40,702 nucleotides of DNA from an uncultured Planctomycetia bacterium (lineage in GTDB: Bacteria; Omnitrophota; Gorgyraeia; Duberdicusellales; Duberdicusellaceae), in the NCBI GenBank assembly GCA_964609315.1, contig CAZSRG010000003.1, positions 2,902 through 43,603 on the forward strand, read 5' to 3'. Position numbers and translations under genes: made by a program. Shown piece after piece: positions 18,434 to 26,840 of this stretch; position 1 is the stretch's first letter; each line of letters opens with the position of its first letter. Below the pieces are notes generated by a model. It worked only from the letters and a program-made list of their open reading frames with translations. It made no database searches and was not told the origin of the DNA.

Positions 18434-19450
18434 TCAAATACTCCTGTCCACAGCGGAAGAAATCTTAATCAAATCTTTCATCAATTTGGAAAAATTCTCC
18501 GGTATGAGCTGCTGGGGCCCGTCCGACAAAGCTTCTTCAGGATTAGAATGGACCTCAATCAATAACCCGTCAGCCCCGCAGGCAACAGCCGCTTTTGATA
18601 AAGAACTGACTAAACTCCATTTACCGGTAGCATGAGAAGGATCAACAATCACCGGTAAATGAGACAAATGTTTTATAACCGGGACAGCGCTTAAATCTAA
18701 AGTGTTCCGGGTAGCAGTTTCAAAAGTCCTAATGCCCCTCTCGCAGAAAATGACGTTAAAATTCCCTCCGGAAAGGATATACTCAGCGCTCATTAACAGT
18801 TCCTTAACTGTAGCGCTTAACCCCCGTTTTAACATAACCGGTTTCTTAGTCTGGCCTATTTCCTTTAAAAGGTTAAAATTCTGCATATTCCTCGCCCCAA
18901 CCTGAAGGATGTCGGCATATTTAGAAACAATCTCAACATCTCTGGTATCCATTACTTCAGTAACTGAAGCTAACCCTACTTGCTGAGATATATCCTTAAG
19001 TATTTCCAACCCCTTTTCCCCTAATCCCTGAAAACTGTAAGGAGAAGTCCTGGGTTTATAAGCGCCTCCTCTAAGCACTTTAGCTCCGGCCTGTTTCACT
19101 TTCAAGGCTACATCTAAAAACAGTTCTCTTGATTCTATTGAACACGGCCCGGCAATAACTATAACCTCTTTCCCTCCAAACTTTACTCCGGGAGAAACTT
19201 CAATAGTTGTTCCTTCAGGGCGAAAATCCCGGGAAACAAGCTTATAAGGAGCTAAGACCGGCATTACTTTGTCAACTCCGGGGAATACCTCTAAGGGCTT
19301 GACTCTCAAAATATCTTCAGGTCCGATTACCCCTACAATCGTCCGGTCTATTCCTTTAGACACCATGGTTTTTAATCCCAACTGTTCTACTTTTTCAATA
19401 ACATGGCTTATTTCTTTCTCTGTAGCACTTGACTTAAAAACAATTATCAT
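18434..19450 (-). CDS. aroF: 3-deoxy-7-phosphoheptulonate (DAHP) synthase, type I-beta with N-terminal regulatory domain
   Basis: Motifs GPCSIES, RGGAYKPRTSPYSFQGLG, LKRG and DPSHATG. A ~75-aa ACT/ferredoxin-like N-terminal domain is present. Confidence 0.9.
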   Translation of the reverse strand: MIIVFKSSATEKEISHVIEKVEQLGLKTMVSKGIDRTIVGVIGPEDILRVKPLEVFPGVDKVMPVLAPYKLVSRDFRPEGTTIEVSPGVKFGGKEVIVIAGPCSIESRELFLDVALKVKQAGAKVLRGGAYKPRTSPYSFQGLGEKGLEILKDISQQVGLASVTEVMDTRDVEIVSKYADILQVGARNMQNFNLLKEIGQTKKPVMLKRGLSATVKELLMSAEYILSGGNFNVIFCERGIRTFETATRNTLDLSAVPVIKHLSHLPVIVDPSHATGKWSLVSSLSKAAVACGADGLLIEVHSNPEEALSDGPQQLIPENFSKLMKDLIKISSAVDRSI

Positions 19451-19462
19451 TAACTCCTCCTA

Positions 19463-19602
19463 AATGAGGCCACAACTTATGGAGACCGAAGGGCGACATA
19501 AGTTGTCCGGCCGAATTTATCCCGCCGAAGGTTGGAAAATTGTAGTAATAGAATTTTCCAACATCTTCTCTGAGGCGGGATTTCCTTAATATTTACAAAT
19601 TT
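19463..19602. repeat. Single unit of the ~140-bp multi-hairpin repeat (aroF leader copy)
   Basis: It has the same scaffold as 12193-12492 and 24684-25140 and begins 3 nt beyond the aroF Shine-Dalgarno sequence. Confidence 0.85.
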
Positions 19603-19610
19603 ACAAAAGA

Positions 19611-19662
19611 GGGACAGCCCCCTTTTCTTTCAGGCTTTATTTTTAAAAAAGGGGGCTGTCCC
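19611..19662 (-). terminator. Probable intrinsic terminator of hisC
   Basis: Perfect 16-bp stem (GGGACAGCCCCCTTTT / AAAAGGGGGCTGTCCC) with a 20-nt loop that contains the hisC TAA stop. On the minus strand it is followed by TCTTTTG. Confidence 0.55.
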
Positions 19663-20749
19663 CTTTTAAAACATTTTTTAAGGCTTTAAGAAAAAACCGG
19701 TTTTCTTCTCTTTTGCCCACTGTTACCCTTATGAAATTATCCATTCCCCACGAGCTCATTTCTCTGACAATAACCCCTTTACGCAAAAGTTTGTTAAAAG
19801 CTTCCTTGGCTGACAAATTTCCTGAATCAATTAGGACAAAATTAGTAGCGCTCTTAACATACCTAATTCCAAGTTTATCCAAACTTCCATATATAAATTT
19901 CTTCTCTCTCTTTATATAATCAACGATTCTCTTAAGGTATACTTTGTCATTCAAAGCCGCTAAAGCCGCGGTCTGGGCTAATCTATTAACATTAAACGGC
20001 TCTCTTACTTTGTCCATCGCCTGAACTAAACTTTTCTTAGTAACTCCATACCCTATCCTCAAACCGGCTAATCCGTAAACCTTGGAGAAAGTACGGGTAA
20101 GAATTATATTGCTCCCTGCTTTCAGAAACTTTATACTCTTAGGAAAATCATTCGGCGCGAACTCAGAATACGCTTCATCAAAAAAGATCAAAGTATTACG
20201 GGGAACCTGTTTAAGAAAACTTCTTATCTCTTTATCCTTGAGATACGTCCCGTTGGGATTATCGGGATTAGCGATAAAGATTATCTTGGTTTTCTTAGTA
20301 ACCTTAGAAAGGATATCTTTTAAATCATACCTGAAATCTTTCAACCTGCTCCGGACAACTTTTATCCCGCAGGCTCTTGCCTGAATCTCGTAAATTAAGA
20401 ATGTAGGCCACCCGACAATTACCTCTTCGCCTCTCTCGACAAAAGCGCGCAGAGCCAAGACAATAAGCTCGTCAGAACCGTTGCCGAAGATAAGATTCTC
20501 TTTTCCTATCTTTAACTTCTTTGACAGAAATTCCTTTAGATAAAAGCTCCGGCTGTCAGGATAGAGGTTTATTCTCTTAAGATCTTGCCCTAAAGCCTTT
20601 ATGACTTTGCCCGAAGGAGGAAAAGGATTCTCGTTAGACGCCAGCTTAATTACTTTAGATAAACCCAATTCCCGTTTTACTTCTTCAATAGGCTTTCCCG
20701 GCGTATAGTTTTTTATCTTATCAAGCCCTTTTCGGACAATACCAGACAT
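19643..20749 (-). CDS. hisC: Histidinol-phosphate / aromatic aminotransferase (class II)
   Basis: Motifs LASNENPFPP, ANPDNPNG and FSKVYGLAGLRIGY. Confidence 0.85.
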   Translation of the reverse strand: MSGIVRKGLDKIKNYTPGKPIEEVKRELGLSKVIKLASNENPFPPSGKVIKALGQDLKRINLYPDSRSFYLKEFLSKKLKIGKENLIFGNGSDELIVLALRAFVERGEEVIVGWPTFLIYEIQARACGIKVVRSRLKDFRYDLKDILSKVTKKTKIIFIANPDNPNGTYLKDKEIRSFLKQVPRNTLIFFDEAYSEFAPNDFPKSIKFLKAGSNIILTRTFSKVYGLAGLRIGYGVTKKSLVQAMDKVREPFNVNRLAQTAALAALNDKVYLKRIVDYIKREKKFIYGSLDKLGIRYVKSATNFVLIDSGNLSAKEAFNKLLRKGVIVREMSSWGMDNFIRVTVGKREENRFFLKALKNVLKGDSPLF

Positions 20750-20763
20750 AATAAATCCCTCAG

Positions 20764-21825
20764 TTACAAAGCGCGGGGATACGCCCCCAATACTTTTAAA
20801 AAGTTAACCTTCTTTTCTAATTCACCAATCGCTTTCTTAGCATTCTTGTTTTCTTTATGCCCCTCAAAGTCTACAAAGAAATAATATTCCCAGGCTTTTC
20901 TTCTTGAAGGACGGGATTCAATCCTGGTAAGATTGAGTTTATTCTTCTCAAAAGGAACGAGCATATCATGTAAGGCTCCCACTCTGTCTTTAACCGAAAA
21001 AAGAAGAGATGTTTTATCCTTTCCGGTAGGAGACGTTTCGTATTTACCCACAACCAAAAACCTGGTAACATTATTGGATAAATCCTGGATATTACCGGCT
21101 ATAATCTTCAAATTATACAATTTTGAACAGACTTTAGAAGCTATACAGACAGAATCTCTACGCTTCCTGATTACCTCTGCCGCCTTTACAGTAGTAACAG
21201 TAGAAATTAGTTCTGCTGACGGCAAATGGGTCTGAAGCCAATGCCGGCATTGAGAAAGCACCTGAGGATGTGAATACACTTTCCTGACGTTTTTCAAAGG
21301 AATATTCCCCAAAAGATGATGAGTTATCTTAAGCATAACTTCAGAACATATCTTTAAATCAGAATCAACAAACATATCCAGAGTATGGGAAACGATTCCT
21401 TCAGTAGAATTTTCCACCGGAACTACTCCAAAATCAGCCTGCGAATTATCCACCGCGCAAAAGATATCAGATATATCATTGTAAGGGATGAAATCCACCT
21501 TTTCGCCAAACCTTTTGACCGCGGCTAAATGAGTGAAGGTAGCTTTCGGCCCTAAATATGCAATCTTTAACGGGGCGCTTAAAGAAAAAGTTACAGACAT
21601 AATTTGAGTAAACAAGAATTCCAATATGTCGTCAGGAATCCTGCCTTTGTTAAGCTTCTTTATCCTGCGAAGAACCTGTGATTCCCGTTCAGGAGAATAT
21701 GGCCGTATATTCTTATCTCGTTTTATTTTGGAAATACTGGATGCGGCCTTTATTCTCTTTGCAATAGTCTCTAAAAGCTCAGCATCAAGCTTGTCTATCC
21801 TTTCTCTCAACTTTCTCATTTTCAT
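20764..21825 (-). CDS. pheA: Bifunctional chorismate mutase / prephenate dehydratase
   Basis: N-terminal chorismate mutase helix ([19 protein letters not shown]), a prephenate dehydratase domain ([11 protein letters not shown]) and a C-terminal ACT domain with ESRPS. Confidence 0.9.
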   Translation of the reverse strand: MKMRKLRERIDKLDAELLETIAKRIKAASSISKIKRDKNIRPYSPERESQVLRRIKKLNKGRIPDDILEFLFTQIMSVTFSLSAPLKIAYLGPKATFTHLAAVKRFGEKVDFIPYNDISDIFCAVDNSQADFGVVPVENSTEGIVSHTLDMFVDSDLKICSEVMLKITHHLLGNIPLKNVRKVYSHPQVLSQCRHWLQTHLPSAELISTVTTVKAAEVIRKRRDSVCIASKVCSKLYNLKIIAGNIQDLSNNVTRFLVVGKYETSPTGKDKTSLLFSVKDRVGALHDMLVPFEKNKLNLTRIESRPSRRKAWEYYFFVDFEGHKENKNAKKAIGELEKKVNFLKVLGAYPRAL

Positions 21826-21861
21826 ATTATTATCCCCCTTATAAAAACTCTAAACAATTTC

Positions 21862-22110
21862 AAATATCAAATGTTCTAAATCCTAAACTCTTCAGCCATG
21901 GGCTGATCCGCCTCAGGCGGAAAACCTTAACCAAATCCTAAATCCTAATTTCTAAATCCTAAACAAATCCTAAATTTCAATTTCAAATGTTCTAAACTTT
22001 GTTTTGGACTTTGTGTTTTTCTGTTTTGAACATTTGATATTGCCTGCCCCGTAGTCAACCAAAGATTGTACTACAGAGTTTAGTATTTAGAATTTCGCGC
22101 TTAGGATTTA
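21862..22110. repeat. Word-repeat spacer forming a long imperfect inverted repeat
   Basis: AAATCCTAA occurs 5 times (21877-21975) with one inverted copy (22101-22109). AATATCAAATGTTC (21863-21876) pairs with GAACATTTGATATT (22028-22041). Small hairpins CAGCC-ATG-GGCTG and CCGCC-TCA-GGCGG are also present. Confidence 0.8.
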
Positions 22111-22165
22111 TTTATTATTTGACCCTTGTTTCTTGTGTCTTATAGCTTCTGTCTTTTGTCTTCCG

Positions 22166-22783
22166 TTATCTGTCTTCTGCCTCAGCAGAAGACGAGACAT
22201 CTCCCAAAGAAGGATTACCCTCTTCAGAAACAAAACTTGTATTGTTATCGATAGTCTCCGGTAAGCCGTCTTTATAAGTCCCGCCCTTTTCTCTCCGCGG
22301 CAGGTCAGACAAAGAATTTAAACCGAAATACTCGAGAAACTTACGAGCCGTTCCATAAAGAAACGGCCTTCCTATAACATCCTTACGCCCTTTTATTTTT
22401 ATAAGGCCTATGTTCAACAACCCTTTTACAACCTGATCGCAATTAACGCCTCTTATAGCCTCAACTTCCAACTTTGTTACCGGCTGTTTATAAGCTACAA
22501 TGGCCAAAACTTCCAAAGAAGCCGGGCTCAATTTACGCTTAAAACGTTCTTTATATATCTTCTTTATCCACTCGCTGTTCTGAGGAGCAGTGCACATCTG
22601 GTATCCCCCGGAAACCGAAACAATAGACAATCCGGACTCTCTCTGTTCATATTCATCTTTCAACTTCTCAAAAGCAGAGAGAACCTCTTCCTTTTCAAAA
22701 TCCAAATACTTAGCAATATCCTCAGCTGAAACCGGGCGTTCATTAACAAAAAGGATAGATTCTAAAATTGATTTGAGGTCCAT
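22166..22783 (-). CDS. scpB: Segregation and condensation protein B
   Basis: Motifs LESILFVNERPVS, LEVLAIVAYKQPVTKLEVEAIRGV and GRPFLYGTARKFLEYFGL. I set the start at the ATG at 22783, which is preceded by AGGTGA. Confidence 0.9.
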   Translation of the reverse strand: MDLKSILESILFVNERPVSAEDIAKYLDFEKEEVLSAFEKLKDEYEQRESGLSIVSVSGGYQMCTAPQNSEWIKKIYKERFKRKLSPASLEVLAIVAYKQPVTKLEVEAIRGVNCDQVVKGLLNIGLIKIKGRKDVIGRPFLYGTARKFLEYFGLNSLSDLPRREKGGTYKDGLPETIDNNTSFVSEEGNPSLGDVSSSAEAEDR

Positions 22784-22787
22784 ATTT

Positions 22788-23420
22788 TCACCTATTCTTC
22801 TGCACATATACCTGATTCAACAGCTCTTCCAAATTACTGATTTCAGGATTAGACTTAAGAGCTCTCTCAATCATAACTTTGGCTTCTTTCTTTTTATACT
22901 GAAGCTGAAGCATTACCTGTTCCGCTTCCTCCGCGATTTCTTTATGCAGTCCGGCTAATGTCCCTTCCTTTTCTTCATTTACTTTATCATTTATTAAAGT
23001 AAACACTCCCATCTTACCCTGAAGGAAAGCAATAATATTCTTAGCCCTCTGCAGGCCTATTCCCGGAAGGTCTTTTAAATAACCCAAATCCCCCCTGTCA
23101 ATTGCCGATGCTATCTCAGATACCGGCCTGTCTAATGCCCGCAAGGCAGCTTTCGGCCCAATGCCCGAAACCTTTAATATCTTCCCAAAAAAACTTTTTT
23201 CCAGATCGCTTAAAAAACCGATCAGAACGGGATAAGACCTGCTGCCTTCTATATGAAAGTAGTGATAGATTACCAGGCTTATTTCTCCGGAAACTAAATA
23301 ATCTTCTATCCTGCGTGAAACTGTCCGGGGAATAAGGACCTCATAAGTAATTCCTCCTGCTAATAGACAGGCTTTTAATTCTTCTTTACGGACAAGTTTT
23401 CCCTTTAATCCAACTATCAT
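22788..23420 (-). CDS. ruvA: Holliday junction helicase subunit RuvA
   Basis: N-terminal OB fold (MIVGLKGKL), HhH motifs (ILKVSGIGPKAALRAL, LPGIGLQRAKNI) and a C-terminal domain III. Confidence 0.9.
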   Translation of the reverse strand: MIVGLKGKLVRKEELKACLLAGGITYEVLIPRTVSRRIEDYLVSGEISLVIYHYFHIEGSRSYPVLIGFLSDLEKSFFGKILKVSGIGPKAALRALDRPVSEIASAIDRGDLGYLKDLPGIGLQRAKNIIAFLQGKMGVFTLINDKVNEEKEGTLAGLHKEIAEEAEQVMLQLQYKKKEAKVMIERALKSNPEISNLEELLNQVYVQKNR

Positions 23421-23896
23421 AAATTAAGGCTGTGCAAATAGGTAATAATTAAGGCTAAAGCATCGGCAATATGTTCAGACTTCAGAGGTTCATCTATGCC
23501 GGATAAATAACTGACCATTCTCTTTACCTGTTCTTTAGACGCGGTCCCCGAAGAAGTAACCGCTTTTTTAACCTGAGTCGCAGAATACTCTACTAAAGTA
23601 ACATTCATCCGGGCCGACAATAACACGACTATACCCCGGGCATGCCCCAGCATAATAGAAGTAGCCGGATGCCGATAATGAGAATAAAGTTTTTCCAAAA
23701 CAATAGTATCAGGATGAAAACTGAGGATAATCTCCGACAAATAATTGAATATCCTGTTCAGCCTTTCGGAAAGAGGAGTTTTAGCATCAGTTACTATTTC
23801 TTCTGTATGCTTTATTTTAAAAGAACTCCGGCCTTTAGCTTCAGCAATGACTACTCCGGTTACTTTAACTCCAGGATCAACACCTGCAATAATCAT
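23417..23896 (-). CDS. ruvC: Holliday junction resolvase RuvC
   Basis: Motifs IIAGVDPGVKVTG, VLEKLY and HIADALALII. Confidence 0.9.
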   Translation of the reverse strand: MIIAGVDPGVKVTGVVIAEAKGRSSFKIKHTEEIVTDAKTPLSERLNRIFNYLSEIILSFHPDTIVLEKLYSHYRHPATSIMLGHARGIVVLLSARMNVTLVEYSATQVKKAVTSSGTASKEQVKRMVSYLSGIDEPLKSEHIADALALIITYLHSLNL

Positions 23897-23910
23897 TGAA
23901 GAATATCAGT

Positions 23911-24669
23911 TTAATTGTCTTCGGCAGCAATTTCTTCCAAAATATCATCGGGTATGTCAAAATTCGCGTAAACATGCTGAACATCATCATGCGCCTCTAA
24001 AGCTTCAATAAGAGCAAGGAGCTGCTTTGCCGGCTGTCCTTCAACTTTAACTGTTGAGTTTGGAAGCATAGTCAATTCAGCCAATTCCAGATTCAGATTC
24101 TTTTCTTTAAGGACCTTCTTAACTAATTCCAGGTCTTTAGGATCAGTAATTATCTCAAAGTTATCTCCTTCGCTCTTAACATCCTCTGCTCCGGCCTCAA
24201 TAGCTAAATTAAGTAGGTCTTCCTCAGATATGGAGCTTTTATCCACTAAGATATACCCTTTTTTGACAAACTGCCAGGCAACGCTTCCGGAACCGGCCAG
24301 ATTGCCTGAACGTTTAGAAAAAATATTTCTTATTTCAGCCGATGCGCGGTTTTTATTATCAGTCAAAGCATCCACAAGAATAGCTGTCCCTCCGGGGCCG
24401 TATCCTTCAAACATACAGGATTCATAAGTTACACCCGGAAGCTCGCCTGTCCCGCGCTTAATAGCCTTATCAATATTATCTAATGGCATATTAGCATCTC
24501 TTGCTCTGTCAATCGCGGTCCTAAGGCTGGCATTTGTATCGGGGCTGCTTCCGCCGTCACGCGCGGCAACTGTTATCTCTCTAATAAGCTTGGTGAACAA
24601 CTTCCCCCGTTTAGCATCCTGAGCCGCTTTCTTATGTTTAATCCCTGCCCACTTTGAATGACCGGACAT
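23911..24669 (-). CDS. yebC: YebC/PmpR-family DNA-binding regulator
   Basis: Motif MSGHSKWAGIKHKKAAQDAKRGKLFTKLIREITVAAR. Confidence 0.9.
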   Translation of the reverse strand: MSGHSKWAGIKHKKAAQDAKRGKLFTKLIREITVAARDGGSSPDTNASLRTAIDRARDANMPLDNIDKAIKRGTGELPGVTYESCMFEGYGPGGTAILVDALTDNKNRASAEIRNIFSKRSGNLAGSGSVAWQFVKKGYILVDKSSISEEDLLNLAIEAGAEDVKSEGDNFEIITDPKDLELVKKVLKEKNLNLELAELTMLPNSTVKVEGQPAKQLLALIEALEAHDDVQHVYANFDIPDDILEEIAAEDN

Positions 24670-24683
24670 AATCTACCTCCCTA

Positions 24684-25140
24684 AATGAGGCCACAACTTA
24701 TGGAGTTCGAAGAACGACATAAGCTGTCTGGCCAAATTTATCCCGCCGAAGGCTGGAAAAATATCAAAGATATTTTTTCAACATCTTTTCTGAGGCGGGA
24801 TTACATTAATATTTACAAATTAGCAAATGAGCACACAACTTACAGAACGAAGTGATTGTAAGTTGTCTGTGCGAATTTATCCCGCCGAAGGTTGGTAAAT
24901 TGTCAACGATAATTTACCAACATCTTCTCTGAGGCGGGATTACATTAATATTTATAAATTAGCAAATGAGGCCACAACTTATGGAGTTCGAAGAACGACA
25001 TAAGCTGTCTGGCCGAATTCCTGCCTGCCGCTCGCCTCTCGGCGAAGCCGAGGGAAGCTTCAGCGCAAACAGGTATCCCGCTAAGCGTTAAGAAAGTATC
25101 AAAGATGATTTCCCAACATCTTTCGCGAAGCGGGATTTAA
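24684..25140. repeat. Three tandem units of the ~140-bp multi-hairpin repeat (yebC leader copy)
   Basis: Units begin with AATGAG at 24684, 24826 and 24965. The third unit carries a nested AAGCTT-type palindrome (25020-25074) and a degenerate hairpin B. Confidence 0.85.
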
Positions 25141-25396
25141 TTAACCCAAATAATGCGGTTAGCATTATTTGCCCGCCTGTGCCCGCAAGGGTATAGGGCC
25201 GACCCCATATTTTCCACTGGAAAAGTATGGCTTGTGCCCGCAAGGGTAAAAGGTCGGGGTTACCTAAGGGGAAAATGCTGTGTACTCTTTAATACAATCG
25301 CTGTTTAATGTAACTATTTAGGCCGCCGGGTATTATGAGCATTTTGCGCTCTCAAGTGCGAAGCCTGCCCTTAGGGTACAGCATTTTCCCGGTTAA
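25141..25396 (-). mobile_element. TTAA-flanked MITE-like element, copy 1
   Basis: TTAACCCAAATAATGC... ...GCATTTTCCCGGTTAA. The imperfect terminal inverted repeats are TTAACC-nnnAAnATGC. It is homologous to 27484-27712 and, inverted, to 35617-35854. Confidence 0.75.
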
Positions 25397-25403
25397 TATT
25401 TTA

Positions 25404-25805
25404 TCAACACCTATTCTTGGCTGCCTGTCTGGCCAATAAATCTGCCTGTTTATTCTCTTCTCTGCCTTTATGCAAAAGGCTTAACTTACCGATTAAACCT
25501 ACAAGGTGCTTCGCCAAAATATTCAGGGTATATAGCCTTTCGTTCTTAACTTTATATTTCCCCTTAACCTGCTGAACAACCAATTCACTGTCAGCATAAA
25601 CACTCACTTCCTCATCCTTCATAGACAATACTTCCTGAAGGGCTAAAATTAAAGCCATATACTCGGCAACGTTATTGGTAGTCTTCCCCAAATAAACTGA
25701 CTTCTGGCAGATAACCCTGCCTTTTCTATATATTACTACTCCTGCCCCGGCAGGGCCGGGATTACTTAATGAAGACCCGTCAACATATACTTCCAACATT
25801 ACCAC
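25404..25805 (-). CDS. rnhA: Ribonuclease HI
   Basis: 133 aa with VYVDGSSLSNPGPAGAGVV, TNNVAEYMALILAL, YADSELVVQQVKGKYKV and NKQADLLARQA (DEDD pattern). Confidence 0.85.
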   Translation of the reverse strand: MVMLEVYVDGSSLSNPGPAGAGVVIYRKGRVICQKSVYLGKTTNNVAEYMALILALQEVLSMKDEEVSVYADSELVVQQVKGKYKVKNERLYTLNILAKHLVGLIGKLSLLHKGREENKQADLLARQAAKNRC

Positions 25806-25879
25806 CTCTTAAATATCAGTGGATTTATAAATGACAAGAGACAAACCTGTCCCCGCGCGCAATACAAAAAAATTATGCT

Positions 25880-26605
25880 TCAGAGAGAAAAATCTTCCTC
25901 CAAATAAAGCATGCGGGCGCACATTTCGCACTGAACGATGTTTTTATACTGCTTAACCCGGTTACTCACTTCAGCAGGAAGAACCATATGGCACCCTCCG
26001 CATTTCCCTCCCTTAAGAGGGACCAATGCCATCCCCTGCCGGTTCTTGACAAGATGCTCATACTGAGAAAACAATTTGGGATCTATTCCTTTAACAAGAA
26101 TTCCCCGTTTATCTTTAAGAATATTAATTTTTGATCCGATTTTTTCCATCTCTTTCTCTTCTGCCATAATCTTATCCGCGGCTTTACGGCTATTCTCCGC
26201 CAATGATTTCTTTTTCATGTTTAATTCTTCAGATTTTTCATCAATCTCATCAAAGATACGTAATATCTCCTCTTCAATAACCGAAACATCGGATTTCAAA
26301 GAACTGATTTCTTTAAGTTTCGCGTCATATTCCTTATTGGTTTTTAACTGATAAAGCTGAGCCTGCGATTTACGGACAGCTTCTTCTTTAGAACTCAAAT
26401 CCATTTCTTTTTCTTTCTTTTTAATCTGGCCCTGTTTAAATTCCTCTTCTAAATCCGCCAATGATTTCTTGTTGGATTCGAGAACACTTTTCAGCTCAGC
26501 TATGACAGCCGGTTTAACAGAATTAAACTCTCTCTCTAACCGGTAAATATCTGAATCTATTGCCTGGACATCAATTAACTTGCGTATTTCATCTTTTAAA
26601 TCCAT
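25880..26605 (-). CDS. Coiled-coil protein with C-terminal C4 zinc ribbon (COG1579-like)
   Basis: A long heptad-rich region is followed by CGGCHMVLP...VQCEMCARMLY. Confidence 0.8.
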   Translation of the reverse strand: MDLKDEIRKLIDVQAIDSDIYRLEREFNSVKPAVIAELKSVLESNKKSLADLEEEFKQGQIKKKEKEMDLSSKEEAVRKSQAQLYQLKTNKEYDAKLKEISSLKSDVSVIEEEILRIFDEIDEKSEELNMKKKSLAENSRKAADKIMAEEKEMEKIGSKINILKDKRGILVKGIDPKLFSQYEHLVKNRQGMALVPLKGGKCGGCHMVLPAEVSNRVKQYKNIVQCEMCARMLYLEEDFSL

Positions 26606-26665
26606 TAAACAACCTTTTCTGAGTTTATACTACGACAATTTATTACTGCTTATATATTAATCCAA

Positions 26666-26739
26666 TGGGCAATGCCCGGGTCGAACGGGCGGCCTCGTCG
26701 ATGTGAACGACGCGCTCTAACCAACTGAGCTAATTGCCC
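26666..26739 (-). tRNA. tRNA-Val (anticodon CAC)
   Basis: Hand-folded 74-nt cloverleaf: GGGCAAT-TA-GCTC-AGTTGGTTA-GAGC-G-CGTCG-TTCACAT-CGACG-AGGCC-GCCCG-TTCGACC-CGGGC-ATTGCCC-A. No CCA is encoded. Confidence 0.85.
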
Positions 26740-26840
26740 ATATTATGCTTCGCATAATACACGGATTATCACAGATAAAAAACAGATTAACACAGATTTA
26801 TCCCAGATTTTCATTAGAAAAATCTGCCCGGAGGACAACA

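Noticed and set aside
18117-18635. Plus-strand ORFs of 60-225 aa (for example 18117-18635, 33444-34121, 38653-39078, 9245-9715, 12733-13038)
   Set aside because: All lie antisense to well-supported minus-strand genes and have Ser/Leu/Phe/Ile/Lys/Thr/Pro-rich compositions. None shows recognisable motifs or an SD, so they are shadow ORFs.
20871-21071. 66-aa minus-strand ORF inside pheA
   Set aside because: It is an alternative frame of the pheA coding region with no independent support.
24684-25140. Possible CRISPR array (tandem repeats)
   Set aside because: The units are ~140 bp and directly contiguous, with no unique spacers. The variable parts are paired stem sequences, and no cas genes are in the window.
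25141-25396. MITE core as a 6S-like or other long-hairpin regulatory RNA
   Set aside because: An internal stem is decayed in copy 1 without compensatory change, and copy 2 has a ~45-nt deletion. This behaviour fits decaying mobile copies better than a selected RNA.
25806-26665. RNase P RNA, tmRNA, SRP RNA or 6S RNA near the COG1579 / tRNA region and in other spacers
   Set aside because: I found none of the universally conserved strings I searched for by eye, such as GAGGAAAGTCC for RNase P, tmRNA 5' or tag regions, or the SRP GGAA-tetraloop helix 8 motif. Covariance-model scanning would be needed for certainty.
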